A DNA stretch of 64,000 nt, from the NCBI GenBank assembly GCA_905233625.1, contig CAJOFJ010000011.1:13378-77377 (forward strand), given 5' to 3'. The DNA is from an uncultured Bacteroidales bacterium. Its GTDB lineage: Bacteria; Bacteroidota; Bacteroidia; Bacteroidales; WCHB1-69. How positions within the stretch are numbered: the stretch's first letter is position 1; each line of letters begins with the position of its first letter. This document shows, piece by piece, positions 36,933 through 47,328 of this stretch. The notes under the pieces are model-generated. The model was given only the letters and a program-made list of their open reading frames with translations. It had not been told where the DNA came from and searched no databases. Made by a program: the position numbers and the translations under genes.

Positions 36933-37715
36933 ATGACAACATCGCAAGCATACGCATTAGTGACGGGTGCCAGTTCAGGGATTGGTTACCAATACGCCAG
37001 AGTTTTGGCGGAGAAAGGCTATAACCTTCTTATTATCAGTAATGTAGAAGATGAATTAGCAGAAAAGAAAAAATTGTTGGAACAGGATTTCCCAGTGGAG
37101 GTGAAAGCCTTGACCCGTAACCTCGGCACCTCCGAAGCTGCCAAGGAACTGTACGATTGGTGTAAAACGCAAAATATTAATGTCGAAGTACTTATCAATA
37201 ATGCTGGGGTATATCACGACCGGGATTTTTTGGTTGATACCGAAGCTTTTAACGAGATGATCATCAATCTTCACGCCTTCACCCCGGCCATGCTTTGCTA
37301 TTATTTCGGACAAGACATGGTGGAAAAACACAAAGGATACATCCTCAACATGAGTTCCATCACTTCGGAAATTGCAGTGCAGCGACTGGCGAGCTACAGC
37401 TCCACCAAAGCGTTTCTGAAGAATTTCTCCCGCTCACTGCATATCGAGTTGTTTCACAAAGGGGTGTATGTGACGGCAGTCCGTCCTGGCGCGGTGGATA
37501 CCGGTTTATACAGCATCAGCAAGACAGCCACCAAAATCGGAATGTTTGTCGGTTATATTACCACTCCCGAAAAGCTGGCACGACGAGGTGTCCGGGCACT
37601 TTTCAATAAAAGGGCACAGGTCACCCCAGGTTTTCTCAACCATGTGTTGATTTTCTTGGTGGCGCTATTGCCGACAGGCCTGCTGCGGCTCATCCGCCGA
37701 TGGAGAATCTTTTGA
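36933..37715 (+). CDS. Short-chain dehydrogenase/reductase (SDR)
   Basis: TGASSGIG, NNAG, and S...YSSTK catalytic motifs. Confidence 0.85.
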   Translation: MTTSQAYALVTGASSGIGYQYARVLAEKGYNLLIISNVEDELAEKKKLLEQDFPVEVKALTRNLGTSEAAKELYDWCKTQNINVEVLINNAGVYHDRDFLVDTEAFNEMIINLHAFTPAMLCYYFGQDMVEKHKGYILNMSSITSEIAVQRLASYSSTKAFLKNFSRSLHIELFHKGVYVTAVRPGAVDTGLYSISKTATKIGMFVGYITTPEKLARRGVRALFNKRAQVTPGFLNHVLIFLVALLPTGLLRLIRRWRIF

Positions 37716-37825
37716 TGTTAAAGGATGATTGTCTTTACGGGACAATGTGCACAACCAGGTTATATATACGCAGTAAGGCTGCCATAATATGACAGCCCTA
37801 CTTCTTTAACTGTTATTATTAATTG

Positions 37826-39073
37826 TTAACTGTTCATTGCCTGGTGTCCGATATCGTTGCGGTAGAACAACGCGTCACTTTGGATTTGCTTTACCCCTGC
37901 GTAGGCGTCGCTTTGTGCTTCCAGGATAGTGCGGCCACGGCCTACCACAAAAAGCACGCGTCCGCCGGCGGTAACCCATTGGCCCTCTTTCAAGGCTGTT
38001 CCCATGTGAAATACCAGCTGTTTAACATTTTCCAAACCATTGATGGGCTGTCCTTTGGGATAGCTTCCTGGATAACCCTTTGAGCTTAGCACCACACCGA
38101 GGAAGGTATCTTCCTCAAATTCCACCTTAGTCTCCTTGTTGTCCAAAACATCCAGAATATGCTGCAACAGGTCACTTTTGATTTTCGGCAGCACCACTTC
38201 TGTTTCGGGGTCGCCGAAACGGGCGTTGAACTCAATCACTTTGGGACCGTCTTTCGTCAGCATCAATCCACCATATAATACACCACAGAAAGGCTTGCCT
38301 TCTTCCACCATGGCTGCTGCCACAGGCTTCATGATTTCCTCAACGGCTTTGTCTATAGCGGCTTGGGGAATAATAGGTACGGGGGAATATGCTCCCATGC
38401 CTCCGGTATTGGGACCTTTGTCACCATCAAAGGCTCTCTTGTGGTCTTGGGCGATTACCAATGGCACCACCTGACGGCCGTTGACCAATGTCAGCAGCGA
38501 AAATTCCGGTCCTTCCAGATATTCTTCCATCACTACCTTGCCTTCACCGAATTTAGCATTCAGCAACATGTCTTTCAGCGCCTCATCAGCTTCTTCCTTT
38601 GTCATGGCCACTACCACGCCTTTGCCAGCGGCCAGACCATCGTATTTAATCACGATAGGGGCACCCTTCTCATCCAAGTATTTCTTGGCGCTGTCATAAT
38701 CCGAGAAAGTGGCAAAATCAGCTGTAGCGATATGGTATTTTTTCATCAATTCCTTAGCAAACTCCTTGCTGGCCTCAATTTGCGCGGCTGCCTTGGTGGG
38801 ACCGAACACCCGGATACCATGCTGTGTCAGCTCATCGGCCAAACCATTCTGCAAAGCGGCTTCGGGTCCGATAATTACCAGTCCTATGCCATTTTCTTTC
38901 GACCATTTCACGACGGCGGCATTGTCCTTCTCGTCGATGGGAACGGTGGTGAACTGCTGCCCGATACCATCATTGCCGGGAGCGACAAAAACTTGTTCCA
39001 CTAATGCTGATTGGGCGATTTTCCATGCAATGGCGTGTTCACGACCGCCTCTGCCGATGACTAAAACTTTCAT
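37826..39073 (-). CDS. purD: Phosphoribosylamine--glycine ligase
   Basis: MKVLVIGRGGREHAIAWK N-terminus and ATP-grasp core. Confidence 0.95.
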   Translation of the reverse strand: MKVLVIGRGGREHAIAWKIAQSALVEQVFVAPGNDGIGQQFTTVPIDEKDNAAVVKWSKENGIGLVIIGPEAALQNGLADELTQHGIRVFGPTKAAAQIEASKEFAKELMKKYHIATADFATFSDYDSAKKYLDEKGAPIVIKYDGLAAGKGVVVAMTKEEADEALKDMLLNAKFGEGKVVMEEYLEGPEFSLLTLVNGRQVVPLVIAQDHKRAFDGDKGPNTGGMGAYSPVPIIPQAAIDKAVEEIMKPVAAAMVEEGKPFCGVLYGGLMLTKDGPKVIEFNARFGDPETEVVLPKIKSDLLQHILDVLDNKETKVEFEEDTFLGVVLSSKGYPGSYPKGQPINGLENVKQLVFHMGTALKEGQWVTAGGRVLFVVGRGRTILEAQSDAYAGVKQIQSDALFYRNDIGHQAMNS

Positions 39074-39089
39074 GTTTGTATTTTTTTGA

Positions 39090-40475
39090 TTATTTGTACA
39101 CGTGTTTATAGGCGAAATATCGATCCATCACCTCTTTGGCATATTTGATGGAATGCCCACCTGGATAATAGCCGCAGCGTACCACAGGATCATTGTAATA
39201 TTTGCGTTGTGATTTCAGTTCCAGGTACTTGAATATCATCCGCCAATTGTCCACACTGTCGGTTTCGTATTTGGCGCAAAGAGCCATCGCATCCTGCAAA
39301 TGCCCACTACCCGCATTGTAGGCCGCTGCCGTCACATACAAGCGGTCATCTTCTCCACTGATACTTGGATACCTTTTGTAAAGTGAGGCGATATGCTTGA
39401 CCCCGGCCTGGATTTGCTCTTCAACAGAGGAGGTGTCGGTCAATCCATAATGTTGTGCGGTTTCCGGCATCAGTTGCATAATACCAAAACTGCCACCCAT
39501 GCCCACCAAATCCGTGTTGAATTTCGTTTCCTGGAAAATGATAGACGACACAAAACGCCAGTCCAGATTATACTTTTGGCAATATTTTTTGATAAGGGCA
39601 TCATAGACAGAGATGGAGCGGCGACTGCTTTTTCCGAACGACTGCTGAATCACCTGAGAACCCGTAGTCAGATAACGTTTGCATAGCGCCTCGTATTTTT
39701 TTGTACGTTTGAATTCCACAATCCATGCATTAATCCTGTCATTCAACGACGGGTGATGCGGATTCAGCACCCACTCACGGTTAAAATCACTGCCAATACG
39801 GCCCACAATCTTCAAATTAGGATAAAAGGGAAGCAGGGTAACGGCCAAATTATAATCAGACGCGATAAAATCTATCTCCTTTTCGGCCAGCATCTCGAAA
39901 AGGTCTTCCGTCCTATTATGTTCAGAATAAATCATTTCCCATTCTGAATGTTGATGAACATCCACCAAGGTGACATCCACCGGGAACTGGGCTGGAATAT
40001 ATAATTCATTGACCAATGTATCGCTGATATGCGTGTTTTTACGGGAAATCAATACAGGATAGGAATATGAATGGGGTTCTGAAAAAACAAGATAATGAGT
40101 AAATATCTGGCCTTTATTGACATCCATGGCCACCAAATCATATTCGTTTTTAAAACACGTGAAAAAGGCTTTTTCCGGATCACTTTCCACTGTCACCTCA
40201 ACCTTTTTGCCAAGATCCTGAGCCATTTGCTTAAGCAGGTCATACTGAAATCCTATCGGGGATCCTCTATACACAAAATAATCCGATGCATGACAGAACA
40301 ACAAAGCGTGTATCGTATCGCTCTCATTTTCCTCTACAAAATGGTTTTCTTTAAATGAAAGATTGGATTTTTTGTCACAAAAAATGACAAAAACCATCAA
40401 AACAATGCTTAAGACAATTAATACAGAATAACTGACAAGATCTCTTTTCAAAACGAAAAGTTTTCGTTTATTCAA
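39090..40475 (-). CDS. MltF-like lytic transglycosylase (SBP_bac_3-like N-domain plus SLT domain)
   Basis: C-terminal SSIIFQETKFN...GIMQLMPETA...AAYNAG (SLT catalytic Glu region). N-terminal TM anchor. Confidence 0.8.
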   Translation of the reverse strand: MNKRKLFVLKRDLVSYSVLIVLSIVLMVFVIFCDKKSNLSFKENHFVEENESDTIHALLFCHASDYFVYRGSPIGFQYDLLKQMAQDLGKKVEVTVESDPEKAFFTCFKNEYDLVAMDVNKGQIFTHYLVFSEPHSYSYPVLISRKNTHISDTLVNELYIPAQFPVDVTLVDVHQHSEWEMIYSEHNRTEDLFEMLAEKEIDFIASDYNLAVTLLPFYPNLKIVGRIGSDFNREWVLNPHHPSLNDRINAWIVEFKRTKKYEALCKRYLTTGSQVIQQSFGKSSRRSISVYDALIKKYCQKYNLDWRFVSSIIFQETKFNTDLVGMGGSFGIMQLMPETAQHYGLTDTSSVEEQIQAGVKHIASLYKRYPSISGEDDRLYVTAAAYNAGSGHLQDAMALCAKYETDSVDNWRMIFKYLELKSQRKYYNDPVVRCGYYPGGHSIKYAKEVMDRYFAYKHVYK

Positions 40476-40487
40476 AAAATGATACCA

Positions 40488-40886
40488 TTAGATACCTGGC
40501 ATCATCAGAATAGCTTTTTCCACTTTTTCGCCTTCTTGCAACTTGATTTGAGCGGTGCCTCTATAGTCAATATTGGTCTCCTCGTCGGTATAGGTCGCGG
40601 TAATATTCAGCAAAGCCTCATACGGATAAGTATGTTCATACGAACCATCATTCCCTGTAACTCCCGCTTTTCCCGCTTCAATAGCGGAGTGAACAGTTCT
40701 CCCCGGAGCCACCGATCCTGGATATATATCCAAAACGGCACCGGGAACGACCTCTCCTGTATCTAATCCATTTGTCGAAAAATAGCATATCACCTTCATG
40801 CCACAATTATAATTCTTCTTACACTGTGTCATGGTCAGCAGAAGGACCACTGCTATAACGGGTATCAAAAGCAAAGACTTTTTCAT
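40488..40886 (-). CDS. Hypothetical lipoprotein
   Basis: Signal peptide plus lipobox LTMTQC. No recognised domain. Confidence 0.45.
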   Translation of the reverse strand: MKKSLLLIPVIAVVLLLTMTQCKKNYNCGMKVICYFSTNGLDTGEVVPGAVLDIYPGSVAPGRTVHSAIEAGKAGVTGNDGSYEHTYPYEALLNITATYTDEETNIDYRGTAQIKLQEGEKVEKAILMMPGI

Positions 40887-40936
40887 AACTAAAATTTTTT
40901 CAAACCAAAGTGCAAAGATACATTATTTTTTTAAAA

Positions 40937-41506
40937 CTACAATTCTTCCATCAACATTTCACCTCTGGGGTTAAAAACCCTGTACTTTGAAAAATGCTCA
41001 TCCGCCTCAAAACCGTCGCCATAATTGACAGTTCCATCGGCTTTTGTCTGTTTTACAGGCACGACAGAATAAATGACTTGCCTATTTTTATCCCAAATCA
41101 ATTGTTCTGTCTCTATGGTTTCATTTTTTACCAGATCCTTGATAACCACATTTTTAGATGCTTCCATACGGGGAGGTATTTCCGCGCTTATAGCGTAATC
41201 CGCAGTCAACATGGACTGTTTCTCCCCCCATTCGTCGTATGCATATATAATAATTCCGTCAGGACAATCCATATAAACCGTATCGCCGAGGTATTTATTT
41301 AAGGTAGGGGCATACAATTCGAAGGAGGTAATGCCGGCATCGCTGAATATCATGTGTATTTCGGTGGCCGACTCGTCGGGGTATTTTCCGTGGCACTCTT
41401 TGGCCACAACCGGCTCCCTGTTCTTGCCACACGAAAAAAACAGTACCACAATGGCAAGTGCTATTATGGTACTGTTACGGGTATTTTTCATTGTAATATC
41501 GGCCAA
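40937..41506 (-). CDS. LptC-like (OstA-fold) lipoprotein
   Basis: Lipobox FFSC, ~190 aa, beta-rich. Position downstream of coaX-OMP-TPR, as in other Bacteroidetes. The assignment rests on size and context only. Confidence 0.4.
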   Translation of the reverse strand: MADITMKNTRNSTIIALAIVVLFFSCGKNREPVVAKECHGKYPDESATEIHMIFSDAGITSFELYAPTLNKYLGDTVYMDCPDGIIIYAYDEWGEKQSMLTADYAISAEIPPRMEASKNVVIKDLVKNETIETEQLIWDKNRQVIYSVVPVKQTKADGTVNYGDGFEADEHFSKYRVFNPRGEMLMEEL

Positions 41507-41525
41507 AACTGGCTAATTATTCAGA

Positions 41526-42983
41526 TTAGCGGATGGTGGTGTTTTCCTGGATCCAGCAGCCCACGTGGAAGGACTGTCCATCTTGCAGACCTCTCACAAA
41601 ACGATCCTGTTTGGAGGGGAATGCCAGTTTTGCTCTCTTGGCATTGGCAGTCTCAGCGCAGCTGGGGTCAACCGCAGCAGCTTTGGCATACTTGTCGGCA
41701 GCTGCCCAGTTATAGCAACGGGGCAAGAAATCGTCACCACCACAACGGTTACCTGAAGAAGCATACAAATCACCAATCAGGATATAGGCTTTACCGCAGT
41801 TCGGGTGGATTTTGATAGCCTGTAATGCGGCGTTACGGGCTTCCGAATATTTCTGTTCAAGCTGATAAGCCAAACCTAACATATAATAGCAATCCACTTT
41901 CTGCTCTTGGGTCTCATACAAAGATATAGCCTCGTTGAAGTAGTCGATAGCCTTGGCAGTCTCACCATTTCTCAAAGAAAGGTTACCCATCAAATAGGCG
42001 CTCTGGGCACCGGGTTCCGCAGCATGAACCAACTCCAATGCATCCTTGAAAACAGGAGAAGTGATGCAGTTGCCCTTGCTCATAGTCAACACCATTTTTT
42101 TCAGAGCCTTCATGTTATTCTTGTTCTGGTCAAACTTTTTTGTATAAACCTGCTCGAGGACATTGCAAGGAGCATACGGCTGGAACTTGCCTTCTATATT
42201 GGAAAGGGTCTTACGGTAGTTGCTCACAAACTTCATCTGACGGGCAGTATCGGCAGACAGCTGGTTGAAACGCTTGTCGTATTCCATTTTGTCAATCTGA
42301 CCCTTGGCAAAGGCAGAGTCCAGATTTTCGAAATTCGGCAATTGTTTCTCATATTTCACGTATGCGTTCACGATAGCCACATCAATATAGTCGGTGGCTC
42401 TTTCATAAGCCTCAATAATGATGGTGGTGTCTTTCTTAATCTGGGTCATGGTTTCAGCCAATTTGAAATAGGAGTCCCAGATATTCGGCTGAGTATTCTC
42501 CTTTTCCATATCCACAGATCTCACGAACATGTTATATATGTCCTCAATAGCCGTATAATTTCTGGTTGCCGCATAATCTTTCATTCTATAGCGAGCATTA
42601 TTGAACGCCATAAAACCCAGACCATTACCCTCTGTAAATTTGTTGGGGAAATACTGATGACGGACTTTGTAAGAATTCACCAAATCGTCAATCAGAGCTT
42701 CTCTTTTTGCGGAATCCGTCTCAGCCTTGATCAGATTGTCGAACATGGTCTGAGCATAGGTGTATACACCATCCCAAGCGCAGGGGCAGTTGTTGACCAC
42801 ATAATGCCATGGTGTCAAGGCATCTGAATATTGCTTGTTGTTATAAAAAATTCTGAAAGAGTTCACCTCCTCCAAGCACTTCAAGGAATCTTCCTCAGTA
42901 GCGCCATACTTAAAATTGCAGCCCTGCGAAAAGGCCAGACTGGTCATAAAGCAAAGCAAACTTACAAAAAACAGCTTTTTCAT
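41526..42983 (-). CDS. Tetratricopeptide-repeat protein (secreted)
   Basis: Signal peptide. Repeated A..Y...G/A..Y TPR-like helices in the C-terminal half. Confidence 0.65.
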   Translation of the reverse strand: MKKLFFVSLLCFMTSLAFSQGCNFKYGATEEDSLKCLEEVNSFRIFYNNKQYSDALTPWHYVVNNCPCAWDGVYTYAQTMFDNLIKAETDSAKREALIDDLVNSYKVRHQYFPNKFTEGNGLGFMAFNNARYRMKDYAATRNYTAIEDIYNMFVRSVDMEKENTQPNIWDSYFKLAETMTQIKKDTTIIIEAYERATDYIDVAIVNAYVKYEKQLPNFENLDSAFAKGQIDKMEYDKRFNQLSADTARQMKFVSNYRKTLSNIEGKFQPYAPCNVLEQVYTKKFDQNKNNMKALKKMVLTMSKGNCITSPVFKDALELVHAAEPGAQSAYLMGNLSLRNGETAKAIDYFNEAISLYETQEQKVDCYYMLGLAYQLEQKYSEARNAALQAIKIHPNCGKAYILIGDLYASSGNRCGGDDFLPRCYNWAAADKYAKAAAVDPSCAETANAKRAKLAFPSKQDRFVRGLQDGQSFHVGCWIQENTTIR

Positions 42984-43040
42984 TTTTATTGAGTTTTAGT
43001 ATTGATTTTTTGATTCAAATTCTCTCCAGAAGTTTAAAAA

Positions 43041-44339
43041 CTAATCCAACTTCACCCGCTGATACCAGCTTTCAACCAAAATAAGGTTAAGACCCACCTT
43101 GAAATAACTCTGTCTGATAAGATCATTTTTCAGACTTCCCATACCACCGTACTCCAGCATCAGATTCAGGTTACACTTCGAGTTAAAGGTTCTGAATGGA
43201 AGGCCCAAGCCCACACTTACCGAGAACTCGGAGATGGTCGTGTTTCTGATTTGCAGGTAGCCCGTGGAATATTTCGCTCCTGCGCGAATGGCGATATTCT
43301 TACTGAACTTACCCGAGTTGGGATCAGGAACATATTGCAAACCGACGTTTGCCACCAAGGCGTCTTTCAACGAGTCAGAACTTCCCATGCAGGTATACCT
43401 CGACCAATTCTGCCATGTCACATCAACCCCTACCGTAAGTTTGTCTTTGAAAGAATACATCATACCCAAGCCCACATAATGCGGCATGCGCATATTCCCT
43501 TTCTTATTCAAGACCGAATATGCCGTATCATAACTAACCACACTGCTATAGTCGTTGGTGTATCTGTTAACCAGCAAATTACGTTTCATCCACACGTATG
43601 CGGCATTTTCATATACAGCACCGACACCCAGTTTGTGAGATTCGCCAATGTTGGCAATATACTGCAAACCTGCTTGCAAGTAGATACCATCAGCATAATC
43701 TTTTTGGGCGATACGAAAATTGTAAAGATATTCTCCGCTGAACTCCTCATAACGTATAGAAGACAAAGTACCAAACAAATAGGACACATTCAAACCAATA
43801 GACAATCCCTTATAAAGTTTGAAAGCATTGCCCCAATACAACTGCATCAGTCCCCCTTCGCCGGAGTATTCATAGTTTACAGCACCTATATTCGTAATAG
43901 TCCTGGAATCGATGATATTATAGCCCCTGTCACTGAAAGGGAGGAAACCCACACTGGTTCTCCAATGTTTTGTCAACGGCAAACCAATGGCGATATAATC
44001 CAATCTTGCCAACGTTCCGTTTTGAGACAATTCACTGGTTTTAAGAAAGATATTATTTACATTAAAACCTATATCACCCACAAAAGTCAAGGAATCAAAA
44101 GCCACATACGAAGCGGGATTCCGGAAATTGATGTAGTTATTGGACTGCATGGCATAGGATACTCCTCCCATAGCCGCCAATGTAGCATTGGAAGTATTAT
44201 TAACCAAGCCCACTCCATAACGGGAATACGGAGAACTGATTTCATTTTGCGCAAAACAGTCCACCGACAATGCGATGAGCAAACCTACAATAATTAATAT
44301 AATTCTTTTATTTATCAACATTAAAGCGCAAAATTTCAT
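43041..44339 (-). CDS. Outer-membrane beta-barrel (porin/FadL-like) protein
   Basis: Signal peptide ...SVDCFAQ, alternating beta-strand pattern, and a C-terminal aromatic residue. The start codon is ambiguous (44372, 44339 or 44321). Confidence 0.5.
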   Translation of the reverse strand: MKFCALMLINKRIILIIVGLLIALSVDCFAQNEISSPYSRYGVGLVNNTSNATLAAMGGVSYAMQSNNYINFRNPASYVAFDSLTFVGDIGFNVNNIFLKTSELSQNGTLARLDYIAIGLPLTKHWRTSVGFLPFSDRGYNIIDSRTITNIGAVNYEYSGEGGLMQLYWGNAFKLYKGLSIGLNVSYLFGTLSSIRYEEFSGEYLYNFRIAQKDYADGIYLQAGLQYIANIGESHKLGVGAVYENAAYVWMKRNLLVNRYTNDYSSVVSYDTAYSVLNKKGNMRMPHYVGLGMMYSFKDKLTVGVDVTWQNWSRYTCMGSSDSLKDALVANVGLQYVPDPNSGKFSKNIAIRAGAKYSTGYLQIRNTTISEFSVSVGLGLPFRTFNSKCNLNLMLEYGGMGSLKNDLIRQSYFKVGLNLILVESWYQRVKLD

Positions 44340-45036
44340 ATAAACCCCAAAGCACAAGATTTGGGGCTGCAAATATCGGAAATTTTATTGAATTTTGCAA
44401 TAGCTCCGCATCACCCCCTGTCAACAGGACTTTAAGCATCGGATTTTGCCGGCTGTATTCCGCAATAATGCCATTGATTTCACATACTATCCCGTTCATC
44501 ACACCACAGCGGATAGAACTTTCGGTGTCATCGCCCAACCATTGTTCCGGCATCTGTTTACGCACTTCCGGCAATTTTCGGGTATAATGTTTCAACGCCT
44601 TGAATCTCATATCGATACCCGGAGCGATGGAACCACCCATATATTCTTTTTTATCATTGATAAAATCGCATACCATACAAGTACCCAGCTGGATGGACAG
44701 CACATTTTGTCCCGGATATAGTCTGTATGCCCCAGCCGCATTGGCAATTCTGTCGGGTCCCAAGGAATTGGGAGTATGGTAACAAAGTGAAAAAGGCAAG
44801 GGAGTTGAAGCAGATAACACTATCAGCGGACAGTGCTGGCGGATAAAACTATCACTGGACAGTTGATACTTGCCCACTGAAGACAAAATGGCATGGGTGA
44901 TTTTGTATTGTCTGAAGAGTTCCCCCAGCCTGTTGAGCGTCAACTGGCGATATCTGCTCACTTCAACCAGTTCTCCTGCCTCGGAAAAAACCGCTGTTTT
45001 ATGCAAGGTGTTACCAATATCTATAATTAAGTACAT
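44308..45036 (-). CDS. coaX: Type III pantothenate kinase
   Basis: MYLIIDIGNT N-terminus and GGDA near the C-terminus (ASKHA fold). Confidence 0.9.
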   Translation of the reverse strand: MYLIIDIGNTLHKTAVFSEAGELVEVSRYRQLTLNRLGELFRQYKITHAILSSVGKYQLSSDSFIRQHCPLIVLSASTPLPFSLCYHTPNSLGPDRIANAAGAYRLYPGQNVLSIQLGTCMVCDFINDKKEYMGGSIAPGIDMRFKALKHYTRKLPEVRKQMPEQWLGDDTESSIRCGVMNGIVCEINGIIAEYSRQNPMLKVLLTGGDAELLQNSIKFPIFAAPNLVLWGLYEILRFNVDK

Positions 45037-45103
45037 TCCGTTTTGCGATTAAATGTGCAAAGGTAGTAAAAATTTTAGTACTTTTGCCGAAAATTTCGTG
45101 CGT

Positions 45104-46042
45104 ATGTTCAATGTACCTATACTGCTGATTGTATATAACCGGATGTTTGAGACCCACAACCTGTTTCAAGTCATCAGGGAAGTGCAACCCCAAAAACTAT
45201 ATGTAGCCGCCGACGGACCTTATTGCGGTAACCAGCAGGACAGTGCCGACTGCTTCCGCACCCGGACGGTCATCATGCCCGAATGGCCCTGTGAGCTGCA
45301 CACGCTGCATCATGAGGAGCACCTCGGCAAATCACGGGCTATCCATACCGCCATGAAATGGTTTTTCGAGCAAGAAAAAGAAGGGATTGTGCTGTTCGAG
45401 GATTGCATGCCCCATCCGGATTTTTTCACTTATTGTGAAGAATTACTGGAGCGATACAGGGATGACAAGCGCGTCTATCATATCGGTGCTTCCAATTTCC
45501 GCAAGCATCAGAAGGCATTGAAGCGCAAATTGAAAAAACATGGCGACTGCTCCTACTATTTTTCAGCCTATACCACCACCTGGGGGTTTGCCACCTGGGC
45601 CGACCGCTGGGAGGATTTCAACATGGACCTGGAAGAACTGGAACAAATCAACTTCAACCAGCTGGTGAAAAACTACACCAGTCGCCCAAAGGAGCGCCGC
45701 TACTGGCATCGCCGCTACACCATCATGAGGAAAAACCAGCTGCCGGTATGGGATTACCTATACAATTTTCATATATGGTTACACTCCGGTGTGGCCATCT
45801 CCCCTACCCTTAATCTGGTAACTAATGTAGGAGTACACCCCCAAGGGTCGAAACGGAAATTCAGAAGATTGATCAAAAAAGCATACCCTATTCTGCCCCT
45901 GAAACATCCCGAAAAAATCGAAGTGGACCACAAGGCTGACAGATTTATGTTCAAAAACATTTACAGCAAGGCCTACATCTTGATTTTTGCCAACTGGATT
46001 AACGATATGCTCCGAACCGAACAGGACGAAGAGGATTGGTAA
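45104..46042 (+). CDS. Putative GT-A-fold nucleotide-diphospho-sugar transferase-like protein
   Basis: N-terminus VPILLIVYNR...LYVAADGP resembles GT2-like family members. Weak, motif-level only. Confidence 0.4.
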   Translation: MFNVPILLIVYNRMFETHNLFQVIREVQPQKLYVAADGPYCGNQQDSADCFRTRTVIMPEWPCELHTLHHEEHLGKSRAIHTAMKWFFEQEKEGIVLFEDCMPHPDFFTYCEELLERYRDDKRVYHIGASNFRKHQKALKRKLKKHGDCSYYFSAYTTTWGFATWADRWEDFNMDLEELEQINFNQLVKNYTSRPKERRYWHRRYTIMRKNQLPVWDYLYNFHIWLHSGVAISPTLNLVTNVGVHPQGSKRKFRRLIKKAYPILPLKHPEKIEVDHKADRFMFKNIYSKAYILIFANWINDMLRTEQDEEDW

Positions 46043-46086
46043 AATACGTTTTAAATTTTATTGTGTAATACAATAGTATTTTTTTG

Positions 46087-46094
46087 TATCTTTG
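46087..46094 (+). promoter_or_regulatory. -7 promoter box TAtcTTTG
   Basis: Exact TAnnTTTG match, 17 nt before ATG 46111. Confidence 0.4.
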
Positions 46095-46110
46095 CCGCCT
46101 AAAAATTTAA

Positions 46111-46821
46111 ATGAATAAAGACATGGCAAATAACGAACAATTAGGTGCGAAAAAAGCTGAAAATGTACAAGAAACAGAAAATTTCGGCACTCGTTTCATC
46201 AACTTCTTTGCAAAGTATCAAAATGTAATTTACGGCGTCATTATTGCTATTTTATTGGTAATCGCCGCTATCATCGCCTTGAACAAGTTCTATTTCACCC
46301 CGAAAAACGAAAAGGCTTCCGCCGCTATGTTAGCTCCTATGACCCATTATATGGCTGGCGACTCTCTTTCTTTGAGCTTGGCATTGGAAGGCGATGACGA
46401 AAACGACGGTTTTTTGACCATCATCTCTGATTACAAGATGACCAAGACCGCCAATACCGCCAAATTTTATGCAGGTTTAAGCTACCTGAAACTGAATGAC
46501 AAGGAAGAGGCTTTGAACTATCTGCTTCAGTTCAAGAAAAAAGAAGATGTGCTGTGGTATGCATGCCAGGCTTTGATTGGTGACCTGTATGATGAGCAGG
46601 GCGATGAAAGCAAGGCTATCAGCTATTATAAGAAAGCTGTTAAGAACGACGATCCTTATTTTACCCCCATCAATCTGTTCAAATTAGGTCAGATGTACGA
46701 AAGAAGCGAGAACTGGAAAGAAGCTGCCAACGCCTACCAGCGCATCGAGAACGATTATTATGACCAATACCAGAACATGGGCGTAGCCAAATTTGCTGAA
46801 AACGTAAAAAGCAAATTATAA
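46111..46821 (+). CDS. Membrane-anchored TPR-like protein (YfgM-like)
   Basis: Single TM (VIYGVIIAILLVIAAIIAL) followed by TPR-like repeats. Immediately upstream of ribH. Confidence 0.6.
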   Translation: MNKDMANNEQLGAKKAENVQETENFGTRFINFFAKYQNVIYGVIIAILLVIAAIIALNKFYFTPKNEKASAAMLAPMTHYMAGDSLSLSLALEGDDENDGFLTIISDYKMTKTANTAKFYAGLSYLKLNDKEEALNYLLQFKKKEDVLWYACQALIGDLYDEQGDESKAISYYKKAVKNDDPYFTPINLFKLGQMYERSENWKEAANAYQRIENDYYDQYQNMGVAKFAENVKSKL

Positions 46822-46827
46822 TAAAAC

Positions 46828-47328
46828 ATGACGGACAAAAAGAAAAATCTGTCGGAAATTTCATTCACTCCCCATAAGCAATTCTCACCCCAACAGGTGA
46901 GAATTGGCGTTGTAGTGAGCCAGTGGAACAGCCAAATTACCGACGCCTTGTTAGAAGGTGCACTGAATGCATTACAGGAATACCAAGTACCCAAAGCCAA
47001 TATTACTGTGCGCCGGGTACCTGGTAGTTTTGAATTACCCTCTGCCGCAGTGATGATGCTGGAGGCCGATGAAAAGATGGACGCTGTGATATGTCTGGGC
47101 TGCATTATCCAAGGCGAAACTCGCCACTTCGAATTCATTGCCCAAGCAGTGGCCGACGGCATCATGAAAGCCGGCATTGACTATGCCACCCCCGTTATTT
47201 TTGGCGTATTGACCTGCAACGATATGCAACAGGCCATTGACCGCTCGGGCGGCAAACACGGCAACAAAGGAACAGAAGCAGCAGTCAGCTGCCTGCAAAT
47301 GATTGACTTTCAAAAATCGATATGCTAA
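46828..47328 (+). CDS. ribH: 6,7-dimethyl-8-ribityllumazine synthase
   Basis: RIGVVVSQWN...VPGSFELP...GCIIQGETRHFEF signature. Confidence 0.95.
   Translation: MTDKKKNLSEISFTPHKQFSPQQVRIGVVVSQWNSQITDALLEGALNALQEYQVPKANITVRRVPGSFELPSAAVMMLEADEKMDAVICLGCIIQGETRHFEFIAQAVADGIMKAGIDYATPVIFGVLTCNDMQQAIDRSGGKHGNKGTEAAVSCLQMIDFQKSIC

Noticed and set aside
46822-46827. FMN riboswitch upstream of ribH, a T-box or leader upstream of pheS, and other cis-regulatory RNAs in the larger gaps (9367-9656, 14963-15196, 25163-25366, 48282-48415).
   Set aside because: ribH starts 6 nt after the preceding gene. The other gaps show no conserved riboswitch cores that I can recognise by eye, and no tRNA-like cloverleaf or rRNA segments. 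A covariance-model scan (Infernal/Rfam, tRNAscan) would be needed to exclude small RNAs.
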